From positions 44,392,001 through 44,456,000 of the forward strand of contig OZ365110.1 of assembly GCA_977030845.1 (NCBI GenBank): 64,000 nt of DNA. Direction: 5' to 3'. This stretch comes from Fimbriosthenelais zetlandica. Taxonomy: Eukaryota. Position numbers and translations under genes: made by a program. The notes below the pieces were generated by a model. The model was given only the letters and a program-made list of their open reading frames with translations, did not search any database and was not told the DNA's origin. Shown here in pieces: positions 1-12,564 of this stretch; position 1 is the stretch's first letter; each line of letters opens with the position of its first letter.

Positions 1-3000
1 ACCTAATGGATGCTTTTGAAACATTTATTTATCAAATGTTATGAATGGGGATTTTTTCTGGCATTGAAAAGTTGTGAAGGTGGATATGTGTACTATATTT
101 ATTACAAGCTTTAATTTATATAATTTATTATTGTAAATGGGTGAGGTATGTATGGGAGAGGACGTGAATGTCTACATGGTAATTTATTATTTTATACTAC
201 AGGTGTCATAAAATGTCCATCGATATTTTTTCGTACTGTGTGCTTCAACTCACTCTTTACATTGTCTCATAGGAAATGAACTTTCTCAGTAGCTAGGCCT
301 ATTTTTAGCTTTTTTTCGAGGGATAGGGAGCCAAATGGTAGTTTTTTTTATAGGATTGTAGATCTTAGTTTTATTATGTCGATTTAAATATGCATTTAGT
401 GGTTGGGAGGGGGCTCAATCATCTTAGTACATTTGAACTATTGGATATGTATTGTCAGTGTAGGCGCCATATATATATATATATTTAAGTTGCCGTCCCT
501 TAATATTATTGAGTTTCCTGCTAGATCAGATGCCAGTTATGCACACAAAGTAAAAGTTCCCAAAGCTGAATGTCTAATATCAAGAGGCTGCCTTTTGTCA
601 ATCAAAATTCATATTCAATTTTTAATGAAACGAGAAAATAATGTTTCCGGAAAATGGGAATTGACAATAACTGGCATCGCTGTAGCAAGAATAAAGAACG
701 GGTAGTACAGTCATTAGCATTTATAATTATTGACCAGGTTTTATTTTATTATATGGAAATACACGAAAAGGATATTATTTTCAAAGCAAAACATGCATGG
801 ATCCTAATGTGAAGTAGCAACCCAATGTATTTCGGTCGAAATTCATCCCGTATAGTCTAATAATTGTTTTTTGAAATTATTGAAATTCCTGTCCTTTGAA
901 TTGTATTTTATCAAAGAAAATAGTAATCATTGTGCTTCATGATTTTTTCCGATTTAGATTTTATGCCATGTCACTTAGAAATAGTTTTAGACAAGTCCAA
1001 CTATGATATTATTATGAAGAATCTCACTAGTTTGTATTTAGGTTTTAGTGGGGATTAGACATTCACTATGCATTTATAAATGAAAACATGTACATTTTGC
1101 CTCCACTGTACCTCTTTAAACAAGTGGCAAAATAACAATTTACTAAATTATAAAATATTCCTTCACCCATCACCCACCTTGTCCTATTGACAATATAGAA
1201 TAGGGCTTAGAATCTGAGACAGGGTTGCTATTTCTGCTATAAATAATTCTATTTACATAAACAAATGTAAGCATGCGCCCAGGGCTGGACCCTCGGGCGG
1301 GTGCATCGCGCCACCCTCGGATCAAACATACGATATGCCAAACGACCAATCACAATTTGTTGTCCGAAAATACATTATAGATAGCACGCTGAATAAATCT
1401 CTACTTCAACCAACTCATGCCGTTGACCTTTTTGTTGGGGGAACGCAGACAATCGAAGTGGGGATTACATGACAAAAACCTTAAAATTAAACGATTTAGA
1501 ATAAAAAATTGGAAAGCTTTACCCCTGAATCAAGACAATGCATCAGAACAGGGGCGTGTCCATGTTCTTGGAAATTGAGTGGGGAGGGGCCAGCCCTTTG
1601 TAATGTGAGGGATCCAAAACAGCAGCCACAAAAATTACTATTTGAGGGACAAAATCTCCGGGAATAGCAAATACGCGAAATTAATATGCACATTAATATA
1701 ACTGTAACAATGGACCAATATACAAACATACAGGAGGACACAATGCATGGCGACCACGGCTTAAATGGGATCGGCAAACGAACCATTTAAAGACAGAATC
1801 AGAGACGATATTTATCGGGTCAGAAGATATCCTTTGCTCCAAAAAATGATTGAGGCAAGATAAACCGATACCCAGAAAACCGCCAAAACAATGGTGCAAC
1901 GTAACATTCTAAATAGTGCACCCAAAAACAGCATGTGTCACAATAATAACAAAAGGTGGAAAAGTATTATTTTAATGAGAATGAGGAGCATCCTCGGACA
2001 AAATACGTAAAATTCGTAATTCACAGGAAGAATAGAACATCAAACATATAAAAAGAAAAAGGAAAAAATGTAGATGGTGGGTAGATGGGGTGCATAGGGG
2101 GATTGGTGCTCGGACCCTGGAGCTTTCATCTCCTCTATAATAGGGGTGGAGCTCCGGCTTCCTGGATGTTAGAGACCAAAATTATAGGGACCAAAATTGT
2201 GAAGAGCAATTATTTGTTCAGATATTTCACTTAATTCAGTATTGGTTTTTCATAAGTAAATGTTGAACTTTCGTCAGTGTCATGCCCTGTAGGGCCGGAG
2301 ATCCAGGGATCGGATTTAGGAATTTAAGCTTGGCATTTGTGTGTACAATCGTAGAACTGGAAGTGGGGAACTGGGAGTTGGGAACTGAGAGAATGAAATG
2401 CAAATTTCAAGCGTTGTTTTAATTAAATAAATAATTAAATTTGTCAAGGTATAAACATGATTATAAGACCCATATCTTAGAATGCCTCGACAATAATATA
2501 TAGATATGTAGATCTATAAGATCCACCATGTAGACTTTCTCTGGTCTGTAACAGTAATTAATTTGTAAGTAGCTCAGTAAATCTTCCTTCTGCATGTGAA
2601 TGATATATTGCAGCGGTCCAAGAACACTTCAGCTTGACTGTCCGCTCTCTGAGTGACCTGCTCCAAAAGGACAATTCTGTTATGATGATGAAGCTCTGGC
2701 GTTTACAATATAATTACCAGATACAGTTTGGCAATAGGAAGTAAGCTGAGATCTCCCTCTATACATGAAGCCTGTGTGGGCGCGAGGTGAGGGGATTAAA
2801 CAAAAGGAAAAAGAACTTCATGTTGGCCTGAACTGGAAGTCTCTCCTATAAAATGTCTGGGTCTGGACAGAAACTGTGAATTATTACAAACTATATTATA
2901 GTCATCGATCACAGGGCTCAAACAGATCTGTTTGACCCTCACTTCAACTGCAGTTACTGTCTAGGGGTATAAGTCCATTAAAGGGTTGATCAGTGCATTT

Positions 3001-6000
3001 CTATATCAACTCCCTTACTACATGACCAATGTAGTGGACAAGGCTTTATCCATCATTTCAATAATGACCATGTCAGTTGCTGCTAGATGTATTGTTCCAT
3101 TTTTCCAAAATCAAATTTCTTATACATGTAAATAAGCATACAGACTCTTGTAAGTGCCTCACAGCAACGAGTATAGATACTCGTTGCTCACAGCAAAATA
3201 TGTATGGATTGGAACGTATCACTTGAATATTTAGATAAGACCCAAGAGACGGATTCTATATAGTTCCATATATACATACATGTATACATATGTATACAAT
3301 AATGGCAGATCCAGGGCAAAAGGAAGTATCATTGCCAGGATATGATAGAAATTGTCCTGAGATTACCGGACAAATGGTAACAGGATCTTGTACCTGATGC
3401 ACTTTCTGCAAAGATGTTTACATACGTACAAGATTCTGAGTAGATACAACATCAGAGAGAATTCATCTTGGGACATAAACAATCTTCACAAACAAGTCTA
3501 TGGTCCCGGTACCAGAGTAATATCACGGATATACCTCCTAGAAATTCCATCTTATTTCTAAAATATCAAATTATATAAAATCAATAATTCAATGAAGAAA
3601 TTGTCCTTCTATGGTTTTCAGACTTCTATCATTTGGTGTCAAATAAACACCCATTAATGATGACTCTATAGTGTGACTGAGGTCTATCAATGATCATTAT
3701 TTGTATGGGTCACTCGTCATTCCAAACTTGGTTATTTTCACCAACAAGTGCTTACCAGTGAGGATCACTAAGTATCATCATACAAACTATCAATTATTCC
3801 ATAGCTTTGGCCGAGTTTCATTGACACTGGAGGAAGGGTATTCCCCCTTTTGTGTACCCTACTCAGCATTCATCTGTTATCCACCAGCCCACGTAAATGT
3901 ACTCAGAATACTATCTACTGGTTTTGTCTGGGATTTCTCTCGAGTTAAGCTGCATTTTCAAATTTTCTCAATGAATATTTTGACATTACATTTTTCCTTT
4001 GCCCACTCCCTGTACATTAAAATATTAGAATATCTGTGGTTTCTAAGTTATGTGCGCTTGTTGATTGTCAAATTTTGAAGAGGCAATATAGTGACATCAG
4101 ACCCCTTTAATAGGTTTGACTAATTTGCACTCATAAGTTTGGTTTAACAGCAATAAAATACACTGATTAGCCTTGCTATGAATTATGTATTTACTTGTAA
4201 CTATGACTAGGGTAGTCATTCATGAGTTATTTAGTCATGCATGAATTCAGATCAGAATAATAACAGTTGAAAAATTATTAACACGCTTCATATAAGGAAT
4301 GATAGCAATAAATGTACAGAGGTACACATTAATATTATTGTCACAAGTTTGCCAAATACTAGATGCGTTTGTAACATGATGGAAATGAACTACAAATCAG
4401 TCATGAATACTAATCAAAGAGAAAACAATAATTGTGCATTGTTATCTATTATAAGTTAATTGGTTAATTATAGGGGCATCGCTAAACTAAATAACACGCA
4501 AGACAAATTTAATCTAGACTAATTTATACTCGATCATCTATATATTATCATATTCAACACACTAGACTATTACTCATAATCAGACCAGCAAAAGAAGACC
4601 AATATATAACACTGACACAATTAATATACCTGGGTAGTCCTTAATATACCGTACCTGACAAATTAGCATGAGGTTTCATAATTAATGTATATGTTTACAT
4701 GAAATGTTGGCATGCAGCAATGACTTATTAAGCAATTTTGAAGTGAATAACGGGCGAGTAAAAGACATGTTCTTGGCTAACTGCAAACGTGCCGAAACAA
4801 GTAATTTAAAAACTGTCAAAGACCTAAGATGGACTGATTTACTGAATATCAAACTGGCTGACTGAATGACAAATTGACTGAATGAACAAGTGACAAAATT
4901 AACTTCATTAAAAATCGACTGACTGACTGAGTAATAAGATGATTGGCTGAATGAACAGCAAATAATTACAAGGTCGAAAATCCCCCTGGCGATCATTGAA
5001 TCATCTTTTGAGGGTGGGTGCGTGAGGCGAATTTAACAAACCCAACCAGTTAATCTCATTCTTAGCACCATGTGTTAGTCGATAATTTTCACATAAATAT
5101 ACATGTCTCCACTCTCACACAGCCTAACATATGTTTAACAGAGAGCAGGAGTAATATGACTCCTTTGATCTTCCTCCCGCCATTAAGAGAACCAGACGGA
5201 CCCAGGATGTCCTATTGAGAGAGATGACATGCTATGACCTGAACTTCCATGTCTAATATGAAAATGTTCTGCTCCATAAATCATTCAACCCCTCCTCTAT
5301 TACAGGTACAGGATCCACTGCAAATCTCTCCCTTACTCCTGACGTCTTCATTACTCATAATTAACATTTTCGTTCTTAATTAAATTACAAATAATTAAAT
5401 AAATATATGTGGATCTGTAATTTCACCTAGATGAAATGAAACGATTTGGGAATTACCACCATGGTAACTTTAAATTTGGAAATGTCTAAGCCGATATTCA
5501 TCAAAAAAAATCATATTCCTAATAATTATTTCTTACACCAATAGATCAACCGTTGCCGGTCAGGCAGGTGTTAAATTCCTTCATAGGTCTCCATGGAGAC
5601 TACTCAATATGAGTCATAGTCGGTCTGGGATAGATACATGAACAGAAGAGTTGGTGCCTGCTGACGACAGGACAACAGGTGTTAGGCCGGAGTTTGGCAG
5701 CCGATTGAGATTCGCCATCCCACGCCTTCATTTTGACAATGGCTGATATAGGGGGCTATAAGAAACATTAACAAAAAGCACATCAACGCCCGACCTCATC
5801 TATAGTCAGGGTGAAGTCTACCTTATTATATCCTGCTTGCCAGACTGGGATAGGCACTCACTACTATGATCATTCGGGTGTTTGCCAGGGAGGTGTGTAT
5901 CTACCTTCTTGGACAGTTAGAAACAGACTTCCGTACACATAGACAGAAAAGAATGCTTTTCATCTTGCATGTCACGATGAATGAATACCGAACATTCCCT

Positions 6001-6886
6001 GAGTTTTCCATGAGAGTTTGGCCTCTTAGACAAGGTTTATTTTGGTTAGGCCTAAGTATCATGACCCTCAATATTTGCAAAGAATGGATAGGCATAATTC
6101 TAAATTCAAACATGTAACATGTAGGCCCTACTAACAATAATGAAATATTGCAATAAGAGTCTGTTACGAAGTCAGGATGGGAACTTATAATCCGTGAACA
6201 GCAGTAGACCTAGGCCAGAAATATCTAGCAGGACATGATATAGGCTAGTCAGTATAGGGCTACTAGTAGTATACAGAAAGTGGGACGTAAGGGACAACTC
6301 ACTTTCCAATTATCACCTAAATATAAATGCTGAGGCATTTGATATGAAGACCTTATTAGATAGGCCTATATTAGACCCTGAGATATGATTCACAGCGTGC
6401 TAGAAATTGTCTAAAATCATGGGTATTTTCCCTATATTCCGGCGTCGATGCTTTTGAAATTTTATTTAAAATATGAATATTTTTCGCATCTCCATGTACT
6501 TTACATGTGCTAACTCAAAATCTATTTTTGCAATTTTACTCATTTCATGATATGGTATGTAGGCCTATCATAGATATATAAGCCCTAGGCTCTATAATAT
6601 TACCGGTATGTTACGGTATCCATACACAATATTATTGGGATAATTCATGTTTATTTTGTTGAGATATCCAGATTTCCCCTTCAATCTCCTGTGGTTAACT
6701 GACACCTTGACCACGACTAGGGAACATAACATTACTCATTCATTTTCCTATCAACCATAGACTCACATGAATAGCCTACCTACAATATCTGCTTCCCTAA
6801 TCTACGGTACAGTAGCGCCAAATTGTGAAACGGACGCTGGCTGAACTACTGGTTGAGACAAGACGCTAATTTACTTCAGTTGTAAA

Positions 6887-6901
6887 CCACCAGGAGGCAG
6901 C
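6887..6901 (+). promoter_or_regulatory. CTCF-like motif CCACCAGGAGGCAGC
   Basis: Close match to the CCASYAGRKGGCRS consensus; motif match only. Confidence 0.4.
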
Positions 6902-8229
6902 GCTTCTGCTTTGCCAACAAATGCTTTCGATTACTGACCATAAGTCAGCCAGTGCCATCCGATCCAGTGGCCAGAAGGTGAACTATCTAAAGTGGAGTGG
7001 GCCCGACCCTTATCTATTATAATTTTAAATCCTAAACTTTTCACATTAGAATTAAGGTGCAGGCGGCATTTGAATCAAGGGAAGTATCCTCCCATATCAT
7101 GCTACCTTCGTCTCCTTGCTTTCGAAACTTTTGTGAGGCCAACGTGTGGCCGACAATAATGAATAAATCAATGCTACACGCCTATATCAATCATCAAAAC
7201 ATTAGTATATTACTACTAACAGGGGTTATGCCAGGAATTTCTGAGAAAACCGCGGCAAACCCTCAATCGGACAATAATAAGCGGGTGTAGGGAGGGATCG
7301 GTCCATACCGTAACTATTTTGTTTATCCTAACCCCACCCAATACTAGGCCTACATATGCATAATTGTAACATCCATATATACAACAAAGCAATGCCTGAA
7401 GAATGGATGGAGAAGGAATTTGCAACATACCTTTATCAGGAGACTTGAAGATCCGGGCAACATATGTTCACGATGCAGTCACTATTCCATAAAAAAAAAC
7501 TGACAGCAGCAGTTCCTGAAAAAAAAGAGAAAAAACTGTTAGTAAGAACACGAAATTAGTCTCCATATACAGGCATTTAACAAATTAATCATATAGTGCG
7601 ATAGATTTATAAAGTATTCATGACATGACAGTGAATATTTACCTCAACAGCAACTAAGTATTTCAGGATGACATGCTTCTCACTTCTGCTTCGTTGCACT
7701 GACAGCCATCTTGAATAGTCTTGACGCAAATAGATTCTGCTGCTGGTTTTTATGTCATGCATTTTGTCATTTGTCATAATTTGGTTATTTTATAAATGGA
7801 CAATATAAATGACAGGTAATTAAATGTCATAATAATTTGTTGTAACATTTGTTTCCAATTCGTATTTTTGGCTTTCTTCTTATTAAGCGGTCAGAACTAC
7901 TTGCCTAAATCCTGTGTCTACATCCGCAAATGGAATAGTTAATAATTAAATTAATTATAATAAATCGCTAACAATTGAAGAGTGACACCAGCGTTCTCGT
8001 CAAAGCGGTTATGTAATGACAATGCAAAAACCTCGGTGCTCTTTGTTTGGCGATAGTATCTTGAAATGGGAGTGAGCAGGTTTGAAGGTCTCGGAATTCC
8101 AAATAATTTAATCGGCAGGACAATAGGGTTTAAACAGGTTGGACACAAACATTAAACGTAACCATATTTATATATCATCCTAATTTAAATTATCCCATAC
8201 CCAAAATACTAAATATGAGAGATAGAATA

Positions 8230-8700
8230 TTGCAGGGTGCGGGTAATTTTATCATAGGGCGATTTCATATCGCAATCCCTGAAAATTCAGGTCTAGCAAC
8301 TCAAGATATTTTTATTAGTCTCGAAAATCGCATTTAAATACCAGGAATTGATTTTTAGCCTTTGTTATTATGCGGTTACTTCATAGATTATAGATATCAA
8401 ATATGGCTTGCTAAATATAGCAAGAAAAAGTTAGAAAAGTGGCGCAAATGTTACCGTAGAATAATTTCCTGTCCCCATCCCTGTAAATTCAGGTCTTGCT
8501 ATAACAAATATTATTCTTAATATTGAATATCGCTTTAAAAAGCTACAAAGAAAAGTAAAAGCTTGCCAAGTTTGTCAAAAAATCTTATTTACATAAATCC
8601 ATCCTCAGAATACTAAATTAGAGGCTGGATATTTTATGGGAGGGCGAATTCATGCCGCAAACCCTGATAATTCAGGTTGCGCATTGGCGCCAAATCTTCG
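8230..8700. repeat. Degenerate tandem repeat of about 190-200 bp (about 2.5 copies)
   Basis: Motif CCCTG-A/T-A/T-AATTCAGGT recurs at 8277, 8479 and 8662, with similar flanks. Confidence 0.55.
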
Positions 8701-9277
8701 CTGTCGCTAAAAGATTAAGTCTATGTAAAATTTTTGGGGTTTATGGCTGGTTGGTTGGTTGACTTTTATTGAAATGCAAATGAAATACAATTTTTACAAA
8801 TCAAAGGGTAAGGCTCATCATACTATTGTCTGGTTTCCATGAGCTACTTTATTCAGGAGGAAATGTAGACATTACAAAATGAAAAAAAAATCAGATTGAA
8901 AAAATCTACACCCATAAATACCATTAAGACATGGGTCCTAATCTTCCTGGCATGCCGTGGCCAAAAATAACAATAATAAAGTCTTACATTAATTATACCA
9001 TATTAATACATGTATCAGGAACACACCAGCAGTAATGTAACTGAGTATAATTATAGTGCCTGTGGTTTGACAAGATACGTTCGTCATCGTAAGAATAATA
9101 ATCGTTAAGAATAATAATACAGAGAAGGATTTGTGAATACACACCTTTGTAAAATATGAACAAAAAATTCTGAGTTATTAGGGACCTACATGTATCTATC
9201 GTCATGCAGTCTGTCTCTTAACATGGCAGCATTCTTGTGTTCATTACCTGCTTCAAATGAGGTTACAAGAGAAACTC

Positions 9278-9499
9278 AGGGGAGGACCCAGGGGGGTTCG
9301 ATCGAACCCCACTTTTCGGCGGAAAGAAGGGGAAGAAATAAAAGATCTGGAAAAATATGGCCAAACAAAGTCGGTTGGACAGTTTGAATCTATCATATAG
9401 GTTTCAGTACTGAACGGTCCTAGTTATATGGGATTTCTTTCTTGTTTTCGTCGTATAGGTGTGTTGGTCAAATTCGAACCCCCCTGCTGGATCCGCCCT
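9278..9499. repeat. Degenerate short TIR (MITE-like) repeat in the HD gene 3' UTR
   Basis: Left AGGGGAGGACCCAG versus right CTGGATCCGCCCT (imperfect inverted repeats); perfect 18-bp palindrome GGGGTTCGATCGAACCCC at 9293-9310. Confidence 0.4.
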
Positions 9500-9573
9500 T
9501 AACTGAAGGCATTGGGAATGCAGCATACTGGACTTCTGTACTTTCAAGGCACGCTGTAGATGTCCCCACTGAC

Positions 9574-9696
9574 TCATGAAACTCTTTCAAGTCTCTTTAT
9601 TTCAGCAACTAGGTTGATGCGTGCTTGGGCTTCATACTGCTGCCGGAATTCTTTGGTGGCATAAAGGTGTGGTGATGAGAAGAGCTTCTTCAAAAC
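9574..9696 (-). CDS. HD phosphohydrolase-like gene, coding exon 5 (last)
   Basis: ttgccag|VLKKLFSSPHLYATKEFRQQYEAQARINLVAEIKRLERVS-TGA. Total CDS 708 nt = 235 aa plus stop; AATAAA on the minus strand at 8848-8853. Confidence 0.85.
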   Translation of the reverse strand, partial: VLKKLFSSPHLYATKEFRQQYEAQARINLVAEIKRLERVS

Positions 9697-9929
9697 CTGG
9701 CAAGAGGGAAAAAAGTATAGAATGAGATTGATACTGGCTGGATGAGGACGTGCATAGATAGGACGGGAGCATGAGCGTCGGTCCTCTCGAATGTGAGTGG
9801 GGCAAGAATTACGTTACTGGATAACATTAGAAGAACAAAAATTCATATATTAAGCCCTGTGTGATATTGATGGGAAATTTTATATTCAACTTTACAAGGT
9901 ACCGTAACGGTTTGTAAAGAAAGCCTCAC

Positions 9930-10009
9930 CTCTGCTCTTTTCTTTTTATATTCTTCATCAGGAATGTGGCTATATTCCCTGCGAATTTGTTCGGCATAGG
10001 CAGCATATT
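9930..10009 (-). CDS. HD phosphohydrolase-like gene, coding exon 4
   Basis: ttttgttgcag|(E)YAAYAEQIRREYSHIPDEEYKKKRAE|gtgagg; family YxxYxxxIRxEY motif. Confidence 0.88.
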
Positions 10010-10254
10010 CTGCAACAAAAAAACGTATTCTAGATGAGATGCTGATAAATATAGTCACTTTCATTTCACTCTTTGCGGTTTTACCCATGGTGACAATATT
10101 TATTCAACAGTTTAGGAACCCGTAAAAAATATCATAAATTATAAGACAGTGCAAAGCATTGAATTTTCCAATTAAATTAGGCTACATGTAGGTTATCTCT
10201 ATAAGATAATTTACAATAAATTCGAAATGTAAAATATTATAAATATTATGGTAC

Positions 10255-10399
10255 CTTCTTCAGGCCATCCCAGAACTTGCATGTCCATGTCTATGAAATA
10301 ATGAATGTCATCTGAACCATGGCAGCCCGCTTTATGTCCATCAGTCACATGACTCTTGGTGACAATTATCCAGTCAGACACCTTTTTTATCAGTTGGGG
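10255..10399 (-). CDS. HD phosphohydrolase-like gene, coding exon 3
   Basis: tcttttttcag|PQLIKKVSDWIIVTKSHVTDGHKAGCHGSDDIHYFIDMDMQVLGWPEE G|gtacc; matches the family TKxH and DxDLxILG motifs. Confidence 0.85.
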
Positions 10400-10559
10400 C
10401 TGAAAAAAGAACGGCTAAGTTGCAATAGGCCAACAGCATGCCATAGAAATATCACAATATTCATGATGAGTCAATTGATGAAAAGAAATTATTTTTTTCA
10501 TAACCTGAATGGTTATGCTGTGTAGATCTATAACTATAAGTTATACTAAGCCCACTTAC

Positions 10560-10644
10560 ATCTAGGTTTACCTCTTCTCCAAAGGTTTGGAAGCAGGCAG
10601 CACTACTTTCTTCGTTATCCTTCGCCCATGGATCGTAAACAATG
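10560..10644 (-). CDS. HD phosphohydrolase-like gene, coding exon 2
   Basis: tttcag|C completes GAC, giving FH-D-IVYDPWAKDNEESSAACFQTFGEEVNLD; donor gtaagt. Confidence 0.85.
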
Positions 10645-10800
10645 CTGAAAATATGTATACAGACGTCAACAGAACGGTCAATGGATTTATAAAACACCAA
10701 TTAAATTAATATATTTATTGGATTGTTTTGAGAAATACCCTTAATACATTTAACATTGAACATACATGTATAACGTTACTCTCAAAGTAGATAAACTTAC

Positions 10801-11075
10801 TCGTGAAATATGGTAGCCAATCCTACAGCAGTGGGATCCTTCAGGTTGTTTTTAAATATTTGTAATAAATTCAGCATATTCTCAATATGAGACAGGGAGT
10901 GGTAATGTCTTTGGATTTCTCCATATCTTCTTTGGACTTCATTCCACCATTGGATACCTTGGTGTCCATAGTGCCTTAAGATGTTTTCTGTGTGGCAGAG
11001 ATTTTGGGCCGAGTTGGGGGAAATGGCTTTGAGTGCTTCAATTGGCAGTCTCCCTCCATCAACATTGTCATTCAT
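10801..11075 (-). CDS. HD-superfamily phosphohydrolase-like gene (COG4339-type), coding exon 1 of 5
   Basis: ATG at 11075 with an in-frame TGA just upstream; acceptor ttacag before 11096; encodes ...RYGEIQRHYHSLSHIENML...LATIFH; ends GA|gtaagt (phase 2). Confidence 0.85.
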
Positions 11076-11179
11076 TTCGCAGCTTCACCCCCTAGCCTGT
11101 AAGGACAGAAAAACTACGGTAGATAAAAAGAAGAGTACCGTACGGTAGGCCTACCTCTCCAAGATATACCGGTATATTA

Positions 11180-11830
11180 AGCCCCAGTCACACTGTCACG
11201 AATTTTACCACGAATCATCACGGATCAGCCTTCCTTGGCCATCCCTGATTAAACGTGGTCAACCGTAGGTGACATCCCTCATCATCCCTGGTCATCCCTA
11301 GTCATCCCTGGTGGTTCGCCAAAGTCTACGATCTTCTACGAAAGTTTTGAAATGTTCAAAACTTCCGTAGCCACTCCACGATTCATTGACGGATGAATAA
11401 AACCTTAGTGGAAACTTAGCTCTTCCCTTCTAAACCCTAGACCCTCCCTGCTAAACCGTGAAACATTCGTGGTTATCCCTGGCCTTCCCTGAAAGACCCT
11501 ACGGCCTGGTTGGACCGTCAGAGTTCGTGAGAGTGTCGTGAGGCTACCGTGATGATACTTGGTTATAACCACGGACAACCGTATACATATCGTACATGAT
11601 CCCTCATTTTCCCTGACAATTCCTTCATGAAAACGTACTAAAACGCTGCAGAACTTGATGAAAACGTAGCAGATTAACCAGGCCCTCCTTGATTGATCCG
11701 TATTACAATTCGTGAGTGTGTGACTAGAGGATGACTAGGGAGCCAATATACCACGGTTCATCCGTGGTTCATCCTTGGATTATAAACCGTGGCAATCCGT
11801 AGCTTCATTCGGGACAGTGTGACTGGGGCT
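11180..11830. mobile_element. Non-autonomous PIF/Harbinger-like MITE in the 5' UTR intron of the HD gene
   Basis: Terminal inverted repeats AGCCCCAGTCACACTGTC ... GACAGTGTGACTGGGGCT flanked by TTA on both sides (11177-11179, 11831-11833). A 3-bp TWA TSD is typical of PIF/Harbinger. No ORF. Confidence 0.8.
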
Positions 11831-12135
11831 TTAGTTCGTAGTTTGTAGAAAAAAACAAAGAAGATGAGTCATACCCCGGGATCAATAAACAAAAATGTCC
11901 AATGGCAATCAGATTGATCTCTACACATCTATGGATTGATGCAGAGTAAGAGTTCCATCTCCTACAAAGTTACCTTGTTTGTTAGAGATGGATAAGATGG
12001 ATCCGCCGATGGATCATGATATAGATAACACATGTATACATTTCAAAAATTTAGTTTTCACGTGTTGGTAGTGGTGCAGAAACATCACAATTGTCGTACA
12101 TATAAGCAAGGATTAAACATAATTAAATATATTAC

Positions 12136-12564
12136 CTAATCCCTGTTCCTAATGACACGTAGCAAAGCAGGTCAATGAAACCTAATTCCGTCAGATGATC
12201 TTGAAATCGATCTTGCACTGACTACAGCCGTCAAACATGCCAGATTCCTCACGTTCTTGCTGTTTTTCTTGTTTTGGTTAAGGTTGCCTCGAATATTTTG
12301 TTGTTGTTGTCTATACTTGTTGTCCATACTTATTGTTATAAAATATCTTTAATTTAAATATTATTATAAATTATTTAACATATATCACGGATCCGAAATA
12401 ATATTTTGATTTCTTTTGTGTAGACAGATTTACGAGGCAAACAAACAGGAAGTAGTTTTCTGCTCAGGAGTCTAATCCACTTATTATCGCTCAGAAAGTA
12501 AATGAGTTTCGTCGGTTTCTGACGTTGGGATATCCCTATCAACACAGGGATCATACAAAGACAG
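12136..12564. promoter_or_regulatory. Probable bidirectional promoter and non-coding first exons shared by the HD gene (-) and METTL4 (+)
   Basis: ETS core CAGGAAGT at 12446-12453; minus-strand donor GATTAG|gtaat at 12136 and plus-strand donor ACAG|gtattt at 12564 point outward toward the acceptors at 11096 and 13301. Confidence 0.5.

Noticed and set aside
1250-6200. Short ORFs and coding-like patches at the window start
   Set aside because: No domain recognised in any frame; may be decayed repeats or parts of the putative lncRNA.
9500-9570. miR-124-like precursor on the plus strand
   Set aside because: The upstream arm pairs poorly; better explained as a target site on the opposite strand.
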